Below, one piece after another: positions 7,374 through 15,486 of a stretch of DNA of 38,343 nucleotides. The DNA is from a virus (Duplodnaviria > Caudoviricetes). A model generated the notes under the pieces. That model saw only the letters and a program-made list of their open reading frames with translations, had not been told where the DNA came from and made no database searches. The stretch lies in the IMG/VR virus record IMGVR_UViG_3300011339_000343, positions 1 through 38,343 of that record. One strand, written 5' to 3'. The position numbers and the translations under genes are program-made. Numbering within the stretch: the stretch's first letter is position 1; every line of letters starts with the position of its first letter.

Positions 7374-7610
7374 GTGACCCGGTACATCGTTGTCTGTGAT
7401 GACAAGTACGTTGCGGCGTGCCAGCCGCATACGCGGATTATTAGCCTTACTTACTCCAAGGATGATGCGGGGTCGTGGCTTACCTACGAAAGGGCGGTTG
7501 AAGCGGCGCGAATTGTTGCTGACTGGAATGGTGCTCCTGTTGCTATCCATGCTATTGAGGAGCCCAACTACCCCAAAAGCTGGACGTCCATTGGCTGTAC
7601 AGCAGAGTGA
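7374..7610 (+). CDS. hypothetical protein (78 aa)
   Basis: GTG start preceded by extended -10 TGcTACAGT (7344-7352). Confidence 0.7.
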   Translation: MTRYIVVCDDKYVAACQPHTRIISLTYSKDDAGSWLTYERAVEAARIVADWNGAPVAIHAIEEPNYPKSWTSIGCTAE

Positions 7611-7616
7611 CAAATT

Positions 7617-7910
7617 ATGACGAAAGTTTCTCCTGAAGCTGTGCGAGACATCTTGCTGTCACCGGATAGTCCCAAGGCAACTGCTCAGCGGCATGGTATT
7701 TCGCGCCACACCGTTGAACAGATCTGGTTTGGCGTTGGCCACAAAAAACTGTTTCCTGAGATTCCCAGGCGTAAAGCTGTAACCGCCCATTCCTGTGAGT
7801 CCTGTGCTCTGTGGGTAGGCAACAAGTGCTCCATCGGCTTTCCTGAACCAGTGGAGAATCTACTTTTTGCTGGCGAATGCAACGTGTTTATCAGGGTGTC
7901 CGATGGCTGA
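7617..7910 (+). CDS. HTH protein with Cys-rich C-terminus
   Basis: VSPEAVRDIL...ATAQRHGISRHTVEQI HTH followed by CESC...C...C. Confidence 0.7.
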   Translation: MTKVSPEAVRDILLSPDSPKATAQRHGISRHTVEQIWFGVGHKKLFPEIPRRKAVTAHSCESCALWVGNKCSIGFPEPVENLLFAGECNVFIRVSDG

Positions 7911-8130
7911 CGATTACTTTGAGCTGCTGGTCTGGTTGCCAGGTCGCGGGCCTTTCAGGAACATTTTCAAGGGGCGGACAGTCCCGGAAGCCATCGAAAC
8001 AGCTAAATTGCAGCATACAGGTTGCCTAGTGGAAATCCCGCCCTTGGCTGCCAAGTGCACTTCCTTGGTGCGGTCAGAAAACTATGGCCGCCCCACACCC
8101 CAACGCCGTCGTACTCAACGCAATGCCTGA
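7903..8130 (+). CDS. hypothetical protein (75 aa)
   Basis: ATG 7903 in 8-nt overlap with the upstream TGA. Confidence 0.7.
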   Translation: MADDYFELLVWLPGRGPFRNIFKGRTVPEAIETAKLQHTGCLVEIPPLAAKCTSLVRSENYGRPTPQRRRTQRNA

Positions 8131-8284
8131 ACTAGAGCCTTGGCAAAAAGTGGTGATCGAAGATGATCGCCAGGAATATCTGGAGTGGTTGTACAAGTTG
8201 GACGGGCGTACAAACGAAACGCACCCCATGCACAGCTTGTATACCGGACTTGCTCAACAGTACAAAGATATTTTTGCGGTCTAA
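8123..8284 (+). CDS. hypothetical protein (53 aa)
   Basis: ATG 8123 in 8-nt overlap; RQEYLEWLYKLDGR...HPMHSLYTGL. Confidence 0.75.
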   Translation: MPELEPWQKVVIEDDRQEYLEWLYKLDGRTNETHPMHSLYTGLAQQYKDIFAV

Positions 8285-8502
8285 GCTGAGTCGCGGTCCA
8301 TGCCGTTGTTGGCAGCTAAGTTGCTTGCAGCTTCGCGGATAGCCCAGGCTGACTTGGCGCGTTCCATGTGGTGGAGCGTATTCAAAAGAAGCGCTGCTTC
8401 GAGAAGGCCATTCCAGTCCTTTTCCTCGTAGCGCTTTTTCAACATGTCAGCTGTACTGCGTTCACTGAGTTTAGCTTCTAGGGTTTGCTCAATGAGATTC
8501 AT
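8281..8502 (-). CDS. hypothetical helical protein, last gene of the late arm
   Basis: ATGA overlap with endolysin; stop overlaps the convergent + strand stop. Confidence 0.75.
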   Translation of the reverse strand: MNLIEQTLEAKLSERSTADMLKKRYEEKDWNGLLEAALLLNTLHHMERAKSAWAIREAASNLAANNGMDRDSA

Positions 8503-9614
8503 ATAGGTCGGACGCGGAGGAACCAGCCGGACTCGGGCCCGTCAACGAGCCAGCGGGGCAGCCAGTTCTTTCGAGAATAGGCGACTCCAGCGCCTCCTTT
8601 GTTACTGGTGTAACCACCTGCGACGAGGTTGGCCTCGCCATTCGGATCGTTCAGTACAAAGTGGGTTGGCGTGTGTCCGATCACAACGCTCCAGTGGCCT
8701 CCGCCCGTCGGTTTAGTAACGCTGCCACGGTGAAGCCAACCGACCGGGGTGGGATAGCCCATGTTGATCTCGCCTTCCAGGTCAGCGGCAGTTCCATTCA
8801 TGACGAAGGTGGCCCGTAGCCCCAACTCTTTGAGGGCTGCAACTTGGGCGTGGACGTCCGTGGTGTCGCCGTATTTTTTCCGTACAAGGTTGTAACTGTC
8901 GTCGTTGCCGATCTTGCCCCAGTGGCGGGCCACCATTGCGCAACTGGAACTGAAGCATTCGCGGTAACCTGTGCCACTCTTGTTGTCCAGCTGGTATTCG
9001 TAGGCCACCTTGAGCAGGTGTTCCTTGGTGTCGGCAGGCTGGTGTTGATCCATCAGTTGGATCAGGCGGTTGGCGTACTCGGGGTCGGTGGCGTATCCGT
9101 CCTTTTGGAGCCACTTGGCTGCTTCGGCGCGTGTTTGAGCGTTGTTACAACCTTTCCAGGTTTTGTAGTCCTTGTACCAGCGCGTGACCAGATAACAAAC
9201 TGCAGTCTGGATGTCGGGAAAATCCAGGAAGTTGTCGCGGATTGTGATCCAGTTGCCGTTGACAAATTCTTGGGTGGTACTCAAGGTGCCATCGCCCTTG
9301 AGGCCAAAGAAGTTGTTGCGGCCTGAGACAATCTTTCCCCTGGCTGACTCCAGGATCCACTGGGCAGCAACCAGTTCGGGATACTTGGCACCGGCAATGC
9401 GAGCTGCTGTGACAATGCCGTCCCAGTCGTTGCGAATTTCGACTTGCTTTTTAGCTTGGCTCCAGGTTTTGAACCAAGCTTGGTCACGCCCCAGGATGTG
9501 GGGGTTGGCTTTGTTGATTGCCTCCTCCAGTTCGGAGATGGCAGCCATCTGGTACGGCAAGCTGCGGTAAAACCGCACCAGGTCCAGCAGCCTGATGGCG
9601 TTGGGATTAGCCAA
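8499..9614 (-). CDS. endolysin: GH73 glucosaminidase plus C39-like cysteine peptidase
   Basis: AAQWILES, NNFFGLKG, GYATDPEY (GH73); QLDN..RECFSSSCAM, GGHWSVVIG, LNDPNG (C39-like Cys-His-Asp). Confidence 0.88.
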   Translation of the reverse strand: MANPNAIRLLDLVRFYRSLPYQMAAISELEEAINKANPHILGRDQAWFKTWSQAKKQVEIRNDWDGIVTAARIAGAKYPELVAAQWILESARGKIVSGRNNFFGLKGDGTLSTTQEFVNGNWITIRDNFLDFPDIQTAVCYLVTRWYKDYKTWKGCNNAQTRAEAAKWLQKDGYATDPEYANRLIQLMDQHQPADTKEHLLKVAYEYQLDNKSGTGYRECFSSSCAMVARHWGKIGNDDSYNLVRKKYGDTTDVHAQVAALKELGLRATFVMNGTAADLEGEINMGYPTPVGWLHRGSVTKPTGGGHWSVVIGHTPTHFVLNDPNGEANLVAGGYTSNKGGAGVAYSRKNWLPRWLVDGPESGWFLRVRPI

Positions 9615-9753
9615 GTTTCCTGGGACGCAGAAGGTTCAGGATCTGGAAGGTCAGTTGGATGATGCTGTTTGCTTTGAGCTTGGGGTTCAGGGCAATCAAT
9701 TCGGATGCTGCGGCGATGACGATCCAAAAACCAGCGTTGTGGAGGATGTCCAT
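9607..9753 (-). CDS. putative holin-like small membrane protein (48 aa)
   Basis: MDILHNAGFWIVIAAASELIALNPKLKANSIIQLTFQILNLLRPRKLG, hydrophobic with basic tail, overlaps the endolysin start. Confidence 0.65.
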   Translation of the reverse strand: MDILHNAGFWIVIAAASELIALNPKLKANSIIQLTFQILNLLRPRKLG

Positions 9754-9811
9754 GGATATAGAGCTAACTCGTGTAAGTCTACAACTGGTATTAGGGTTGT
9801 CCAGCGGCAGC

Positions 9812-10159
9812 ATGTTTTCTGAGCTACCGTCTGGGCAGCTTCGACCTCGCGTGGACTACATCGACGAGGAACTTGGCTTTGTCAGTAAACGCCAGGCTAA
9901 GGCTAGGTTTCGAGATCAAATACTGAAGGGTTGGGACTATAAATGCGCATATTGTCGAGAGCATTTAGGTAAGTCTGGAACGCTCGATCACGTGCGCCCA
10001 AAATCCAAAGGTGGAGAAACTTCAACATCCAATTTGGTTGCTGCTTGTTTTAATTGTAATGTACGTAAAAGTTCCAATGATTGGAAAGAATGGTTTCGGA
10101 TGCAGCATTTTTGGGAGCCGCATCTAGAAGATGCTATTGGCTACTGGCTTAGTCAGTAG
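9812..10159 (+). CDS. HNH endonuclease
   Basis: CAYC...TLDHVRPKSKGG...NLVAACFNCNVRK; start at ATG 9812 or GTG 9851. Confidence 0.9.
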   Translation: MFSELPSGQLRPRVDYIDEELGFVSKRQAKARFRDQILKGWDYKCAYCREHLGKSGTLDHVRPKSKGGETSTSNLVAACFNCNVRKSSNDWKEWFRMQHFWEPHLEDAIGYWLSQ

Positions 10160-10334
10160 GTGAAATCCAGCCCATTTCTGCGGCGTACATACGGGTGAAG
10201 TATTCGTCTTCACAGTAGCGGCAGAAACTGCCTTTACATACTCGGTAGTACAGTTCACCACGCTCGTTTTCGAGCTGGTCGATGGTGAAGCCTTGACCGA
10301 TGTCAGTGCTGTGGATGATCAGACGTTCAATCAC
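10149..10334 (-). CDS. hypothetical protein (61 aa)
   Basis: ORF tiling the late arm, YYRVCKGSFCRYCED. Confidence 0.7.
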   Translation of the reverse strand: MIERLIIHSTDIGQGFTIDQLENERGELYYRVCKGSFCRYCEDEYFTRMYAAEMGWISPTD

Positions 10335-10336
10335 GT

Positions 10337-10579
10337 TTAGCGGGTTAGTTCCAGCTTGATAATACGCACGTCATGGTCGAGCACCTTGTCTTCAACATCA
10401 CCAAGCTTTTTTTGAATCAGTTGCTGGTTGCTGAGTACGTCGTCCAACTTGGTCGGGACGGTGTAGCACAGGTAAAAGATGCCAGCGCCAGCGCTGCCGA
10501 CGGCTAAAACAACGATGCCAGCCAAAGCTTCTTGACGGACGCCGCGCCAAAACCCTGGTTGTAGTTCAGGGGCTGACAC
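10337..10579 (-). CDS. single-TM plus coiled-coil protein, possibly lysis-related
   Basis: TM ALAGIVVLAVGSAGAGIFYLCY then heptad region; AGGAG upstream of GTG. Confidence 0.7.
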   Translation of the reverse strand: MSAPELQPGFWRGVRQEALAGIVVLAVGSAGAGIFYLCYTVPTKLDDVLSNQQLIQKKLGDVEDKVLDHDVRIIKLELTR

Positions 10580-10598
10580 GGCAGGCGGGTAGGTGCTC

Positions 10599-10823
10599 CT
10601 ATTTTAGCAATAGTTCAATCAGCGCAGCTTTCTGCTCCGCTGTCAAATCAGCAAGTGGATCAGCCTTGGCCTCGGGTTCGGACTGTGGTTCTGTGTAGCT
10701 CGGGTAAAGGTTGTCGGGGTCGGGAACTGCGGTGCAGCCTTCGGGGGGTTGCCAAGGAGATTCACCGTCCCACAAAATGCGGTTGATGCAGTTGTTGTCG
10801 GCGTCAAGGATTGCGTAATCCAT
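10599..10823 (-). CDS. putative tail fibre assembly/chaperone protein (copy 2)
   Basis: YAI....CINRILWDG...WQPPEG.TAVPDPDNLYP shared with 13411..13638; directly follows a fibre-tip gene. Confidence 0.7.
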   Translation of the reverse strand: MDYAILDADNNCINRILWDGESPWQPPEGCTAVPDPDNLYPSYTEPQSEPEAKADPLADLTAEQKAALIELLLK

Positions 10824-10825
10824 AA

Positions 10826-11794
10826 TTACCAGCTCCAGATGCGAACGTAACCAGCGGCGCCATTACCACCAGCCCCAGAATTAAAACTATTAAGGCTTGC
10901 ACCGCCACCACCGCCACCGCCACCTGGAAAGGCTCCATTACCACCTGCGCTTGACAGGCCAAAGCTAGAAGCACCTCCACCTCCACCGCCGTCACCTCTA
11001 GTAGGACCATCGCCACCAGGTGTTCCTGCTGAGCCTGCGGCACCACCGCCGCCGGTACTTTGAATACCCGCCCCACTATTTTTTTCTTCGCCAAATCCTT
11101 GACCACCAATGCCGCCACTGGCAACGACGTTTGCAGTAGTTATTCCACCGCCACCAGCACCAGCACCTGGGCCATGTGATGCTCTAGTGCCAGCGCCACC
11201 AACACCACCAGTAGCAGATGCATCCCCACCTGTTGCACCTCCATAAATACCTGCATTAGCAGCGTTGCCGTAATAAACGCTGCTACCACCAACTCCGCCA
11301 CCAGTCGTACCTCCAGTGCCGTTGGGGGATGAAGTAGAAATTAACAAGCTGCCAAACGAAGATGAACCGCCGTTATTACCTCCTGCACCACTTGTGTTGT
11401 CTACTGTTATTGCAGCGCCACCGGTTCCGCCAGAACCGATCGTAATAGTTTCAGTGGCGCCAGCCAATGATGCAGGCATCCAACGGCTTGTGAATTTTCC
11501 TGATGCGCCGCCACCACCTCCGCATCGTATAGAAGCAGCGGCTCCACGGCGCCCGCTACCACCGCCTGCACCACCGCCAACACACTCGACGTAGATCAAT
11601 GTCGCGCCAGCAGGCTTAGTCCAAGTGCCGCTGCTGGTGAACTCTTGGTAGTCACCGGATGATGCAGCAGGAGCGCCCCATGTAGGGAGAGCGCCCGCAC
11701 CAGCAGATTTGAGCACTTGGCCGCTAGTGCCAGCGGATCCATTTACTTGAAGTGGGCCTCTAAAGTTGGCGCCAGTGAGCAGATCGCGGGTCAT
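10826..11794 (-). CDS. glycine-rich tail fibre tip protein (copy 2)
   Basis: DYQEFTSSGTWTKP...GGGAGGGSG...VRIWSW domain shared with 13641..15449. Confidence 0.8.
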   Translation of the reverse strand: MTRDLLTGANFRGPLQVNGSAGTSGQVLKSAGAGALPTWGAPAASSGDYQEFTSSGTWTKPAGATLIYVECVGGGAGGGSGRRGAAASIRCGGGGGASGKFTSRWMPASLAGATETITIGSGGTGGAAITVDNTSGAGGNNGGSSSFGSLLISTSSPNGTGGTTGGGVGGSSVYYGNAANAGIYGGATGGDASATGGVGGAGTRASHGPGAGAGGGGITTANVVASGGIGGQGFGEEKNSGAGIQSTGGGGAAGSAGTPGGDGPTRGDGGGGGGASSFGLSSAGGNGAFPGGGGGGGGASLNSFNSGAGGNGAAGYVRIWSW

Positions 11795-12582
11795 TAGCCA
11801 ATCACCACCACGCGATAAGCGTTAGACGCCGGGGCCGTAGCAAACACAATGGTCAGCGTGTTGGTTGTGGCGTGGGTCACGTCGGTGATCACCTCATCAC
11901 CAGTGCTGTTCTGAAAAACAGTTACGCCCACATCAAGGCTGCCAAGGTTGTGCGTCACCGTGTAGCTGGTGGCGGAGCCATCACCAATGCTCACCGCAAA
12001 CTTCTTGATGCGGCCACTCCAGTTGGCCAGCTTCAGCGGGGTGACAATCCGCAAATCGTCGGTGCCGGTGTTGACTTCGGCCTGGGTGGCAAGCTCAGCA
12101 ATACCAGCCGTAGTTTCACTGGCAGCCGGGGCCGACGTGCCGAAGGTCACCCAGCTAATCGAGCTGCTGCCAATCGTGCCGTTGATCTGGTCTTGGCGGT
12201 ACGTCGTCGCAGCACTAGTGCCTTCTTCAACGGTTGTGACGGCCTGCTCAAGCTCGGGGAATGTGCTCGCATCCAGCGCCCTGGTAGCTGCTACAGCGGC
12301 GCCATTCCAGACGTAGATGCCGTTTTCGGATGCCGTGGATTGCGCACGTACCAGCACCCGGTCTTGACTGGCCATCGTGATGCCATCAATCGTGGCGCCA
12401 GGGCTGGCCAGGTTTAGGTTTGACTGCGTGGCAACGCGGCAGGAGTCTTTCCACGCCAGGCCCTCGACCAAGCTGTCAACGTAGGACTTCGGCACACCGT
12501 CGCCGCTAGCTGACGGGGTTGGCAGGTTGATAACTTTGGAGACTGACTGAAAGTCGAAGTCTGTAAAAATCTTCTTGGGCAT
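11794..12582 (-). CDS. tail fibre-associated structural protein
   Basis: VPKSYVD, DRVLVRAQSTASENGIYV, ELATQAEVNTGTDDLRIVTP fibre motifs; C-terminal TVTHNLG domain. Confidence 0.8.
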   Translation of the reverse strand: MPKKIFTDFDFQSVSKVINLPTPSASGDGVPKSYVDSLVEGLAWKDSCRVATQSNLNLASPGATIDGITMASQDRVLVRAQSTASENGIYVWNGAAVAATRALDASTFPELEQAVTTVEEGTSAATTYRQDQINGTIGSSSISWVTFGTSAPAASETTAGIAELATQAEVNTGTDDLRIVTPLKLANWSGRIKKFAVSIGDGSATSYTVTHNLGSLDVGVTVFQNSTGDEVITDVTHATTNTLTIVFATAPASNAYRVVVIG

Positions 12583-12583
12583 G

Positions 12584-12916
12584 TCAGGTCAACCGCGCAA
12601 AACCGGCAGTGGATACTGTTAATAGGATAACTGTTTGGTTGACGCTGGTATGCGAAACCTCAGCCTGGATCTGCTGACTACCGCTGTCGTACACGTCAAC
12701 ACCTGGCTTAAATCCCAAGTTATGGTTAATAGTCCAGGTTGCAGATGAACTGGCCTGTACAAAATCAAATCCAGCTCCGGCTACGCCTTGCGGGCCTTGT
12801 GGACCAGCTGTGATTGCGGTAACTGTGGAAGTGACTGGAACTTGAACAATAACGGTTCCAGTCTCAGTTGTTACGTCAACCGTGTTGGTCGTTGTGGTGA
12901 CGTTTACGGTTGTCAT
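12584..12916 (-). CDS. small fibre-associated protein
   Basis: T/V-rich N-terminus, short GPQGPQG collagen-like linker, WTINHNLG domain. Confidence 0.75.
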   Translation of the reverse strand: MTTVNVTTTTNTVDVTTETGTVIVQVPVTSTVTAITAGPQGPQGVAGAGFDFVQASSSATWTINHNLGFKPGVDVYDSGSQQIQAEVSHTSVNQTVILLTVSTAGFARLT

Positions 12917-13251
12917 CCTGTGTAACCTTCTGATACATAAATAATGCCTTCAAGGTAATACTCTTTAAGACCGCTGGGGTTTGTGAGCAGCACGTCGTAA
13001 TACGCCTCATCAGGTAGTGTTGCCGCTTGGACACTGGTCAATGCAATGGTGATGGTGCCCGTGCTGCGGTTGGTGTATGTGACCGTGAAATCGGCGTATT
13101 TTGTGGTGCGAGTCTGGTTCCAAGCTTGAGCTGCGGCTGTCCAGCCGGTTAGGTTGATTGCAGTGCCAGTGCTGTCTTTGAACTGGAGCGTGACGCTGTA
13201 ATCCGCCCGGCGTTGCAGGCTGATGTTGTATGTGCCGGGTGCTACTGCCAT
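12913..13251 (-). CDS. Ig-like fibre adaptor (BppU N-terminal-like)
   Basis: YNISLQRRADY...INLTGWTAAAQ...GTITIALT...YYDVLLT...YYLEG pattern. Confidence 0.7.
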   Translation of the reverse strand: MAVAPGTYNISLQRRADYSVTLQFKDSTGTAINLTGWTAAAQAWNQTRTTKYADFTVTYTNRSTGTITIALTSVQAATLPDEAYYDVLLTNPSGLKEYYLEGIIYVSEGYTG

Positions 13252-13260
13252 GGTGACAGT

Positions 13261-13398
13261 CTAGCCTTTGCCTTGGCCACGGCGCTTTTTGCGGCCATGG
13301 CTGGGGCGTGATCGTTTGCCTTGGCCTTGGTTGGTCAGCTTTGGCCGACCGGGCTGGTGGGTGATGTGTGATGCGCCAGCCTTTGCACGAACTGCCAT
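13261..13398 (-). CDS. small very basic protein (45 aa), missed by the ORF track
   Basis: MAVRAKAGASHITHQPGRPKLTNQGQGKRSRPSHGRKKRRGQGKG; fills the gap between neighbours. Confidence 0.8.
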   Translation of the reverse strand: MAVRAKAGASHITHQPGRPKLTNQGQGKRSRPSHGRKKRRGQGKG

Positions 13399-13410
13399 AG
13401 TGATTTCTTA

Positions 13411-13638
13411 CTACGTGGTGCCCAGCAATGTTTTTAAGTCGTTGACAGTTAAACCAATGTTTTGTAGTTTTTGCTCCAGTGTTTCAGCAGTAACAGGTAC
13501 TGGTTTTTGATACACCGGGTACAAGTTGTCTGGATCTGGTACTGCTGTGTGACCCTCGGGCGGTTGCCAGTTACTTTTACCGTCCCAAAGAATACGGTTA
13601 ATGCAAACGCCCTTAGCGTTAAAAATTGCGTACATCAT
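13411..13638 (-). CDS. putative tail fibre assembly/chaperone protein (copy 1)
   Basis: Paralog of 10599..10823; starts 2 nt after the fibre stop. Confidence 0.7.
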   Translation of the reverse strand: MMYAIFNAKGVCINRILWDGKSNWQPPEGHTAVPDPDNLYPVYQKPVPVTAETLEQKLQNIGLTVNDLKTLLGTT

Positions 13639-13640
13639 GA

Positions 13641-15449
13641 TTACCAGCTCCAGACACGAACGACACCGGAGGCGCCGGCGGCTCCTGCGCCTGAATTATA
13701 CCCGTTATCTGAAACCGCACCGCCGCCACCGCCACCGCCTGGGAAGCCCCCAGCTCCTCCAGTCATTCCAGTGGTAGCGGTAACGTAACTACCACCGCCT
13801 CCACCACCGCCCTCACCTGCTGTACCCGCTGCACCTGCTGCTGCACCAGTCATTGAAGAGGCCAACGTGGTAACAACTCCTCCGCTGGTACCGGCAGTAG
13901 TTGTTGTTACGTTTGCTCCTACGCTTGCGCCGCCACCGCCACCACCGCCACCACATAAGGTTATCCCTGCTGAAATAAAACCAGGAGAAATTCCAGATCC
14001 AGCAGAAACAGAAGGACCCGGAGAGCGGGATGAGACTACTCCACGGTTGCTAGCAGTACTATCAATACGTCCACCTCCTCCCGCGCCTGCAGAGCCTGAT
14101 TGTAAAAAAGTCCCAAAAGAAGACTCTCCGCCAGCAACTCCAGCATTGCCTGTAGTGGTATCAGAGGTTTGCGCTGCACCACCGGCACCACCGGCACCAA
14201 CAGTTACGGTGATAGTTGCAGCAACATCGGATGCTTTTAACCGCCGGTTTAAATATGTACCTCCTGCGCCTCCGCCTCCGCCAGACCTCGAACTGGTTGT
14301 AGCGGTTCTTCCACCACTACCACCACCAGCACCGCCACCAACAATTTCAACATAAATACCAGTTACGCCTGTCGGCTTAGTCCACGTACCACTGCTTGTG
14401 AATTCTTGATAGTCAACAGCGTTTCCCCAGATTGGGGCTGCGCCTGATCCCTGAGATTTAATAACTTGGTTAGCGGTTCCGTAGTTCGTGCCAGAAATTC
14501 CGAGAGCGCCAGTATCTGAAAACCTTAGGCTTTCCGTACCGCCTTTAACAATTGCAATCTGATCTGCACCAGGGCTGTATAGGCCGGTGTTAGTGTCGCT
14601 AGTAAATGTAATGCTAGGAGCAGCAGCAGTGCCTAGTGCGTTGCTAACAATCCCTGTTGTTTTAATTGTTTGACCGCCGAAATCAGGGTTGATTTTTGTA
14701 CCGGCAATGGCTGCTGCGGCGTTGATGTCCGCGTCAAGGATGGTGCCATCCGCCAGCATCGTGCTGGTAACGCTGCCGGTGTCGCCGGTTGTAACGATAG
14801 TGCCCGTGACGTTGGGCACAGTGATTGTGCGGTCTGCTGTTGGATCGACAACAGCGATTGTTGTTTCAAAGGCATCAGCAGTGGAGCCCTCAAAGCTCAA
14901 ACTACCCGTAGCACCAATCTCAAGGTTGCCTGTAACTGTGCCACCGGATTTGGCTAGGGCGGCATTGGCCAAGTCATAGGCAGACTTGACTGCCGTGCTC
15001 GATGCAATGGTGGTCGAGCTGGTGGTACTGATGCTGTCGCTTACTTTGCTCTGCAGACCAGCAGGCGTAACAGCGCGAGCCGTGTCACTACCAGCTTGGG
15101 TTTCAGCGTTGGTGGCCAGTTCCAGCAAACCTTGAACGGTGTCACTACCGATTGGAGTTGCATTGGTCCATGCAGAACCAGTCCAAACTTTCCAGCCGTT
15201 GGGTGTCAGGCTGGTATCGAGCCAAGCTTCACCCGTGCTGTTGCCAGAGGAACCAGCCGGCGAAACATTGGGTGCCGTTGTGCCCACATGCACGGGGCCG
15301 ATCTTGATGATTGAAGCGCCTGTGGAATCTTTGAAGTACAGCCCTGGCGAGGCTACGTTGGTGTTCAGTGCAATCTGACCTTCGGCAATCGCAGTCGTTG
15401 GACGTTTGTTTGCCGTTCCAGAACGCAGACTCTTATGCGTTGCAGGCAT
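13641..15449 (-). CDS. tail fibre protein with glycine-rich tip (copy 1)
   Basis: N-terminal LRSGTANKRP...GQIALN, ELATNAETQAGSD..RAVTP, AVKSAYDLA, C-terminal Gly-rich domain ending VRVWSW. Confidence 0.85.
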   Translation of the reverse strand: MPATHKSLRSGTANKRPTTAIAEGQIALNTNVASPGLYFKDSTGASIIKIGPVHVGTTAPNVSPAGSSGNSTGEAWLDTSLTPNGWKVWTGSAWTNATPIGSDTVQGLLELATNAETQAGSDTARAVTPAGLQSKVSDSISTTSSTTIASSTAVKSAYDLANAALAKSGGTVTGNLEIGATGSLSFEGSTADAFETTIAVVDPTADRTITVPNVTGTIVTTGDTGSVTSTMLADGTILDADINAAAAIAGTKINPDFGGQTIKTTGIVSNALGTAAAPSITFTSDTNTGLYSPGADQIAIVKGGTESLRFSDTGALGISGTNYGTANQVIKSQGSGAAPIWGNAVDYQEFTSSGTWTKPTGVTGIYVEIVGGGAGGGSGGRTATTSSRSGGGGGAGGTYLNRRLKASDVAATITVTVGAGGAGGAAQTSDTTTGNAGVAGGESSFGTFLQSGSAGAGGGGRIDSTASNRGVVSSRSPGPSVSAGSGISPGFISAGITLCGGGGGGGGASVGANVTTTTAGTSGGVVTTLASSMTGAAAGAAGTAGEGGGGGGGSYVTATTGMTGGAGGFPGGGGGGGAVSDNGYNSGAGAAGASGVVRVWSW

Positions 15450-15486
15450 TCCCTTAGCTCCAGATGGACGGGGTTATTGGTCCAGT

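Noticed and set aside
9659-9811. N-terminal extension of the HNH ORF from 9659 and of the holin ORF from 9813
   Set aside because: They would overlap each other antisense; ATG 9812 and ATG 9753 give compact, plausible proteins
8281-10579. Spanin pair in the lysis region
   Set aside because: No lipobox-bearing ORF recognised; 10337..10579 is only a TM plus coiled coil
11316-14355. Proline-rich + strand ORFs (11316..11594, 13867..14355)
   Set aside because: Reverse complement of glycine codon runs in the fibre tips
10826-15449. Paralogous fibre tips as a diversity-generating retroelement TR/VR pair or invertible segment
   Set aside because: Copies are too diverged, differences are not adenine-specific, both are direct and coding, and no reverse transcriptase or invertase is in the window
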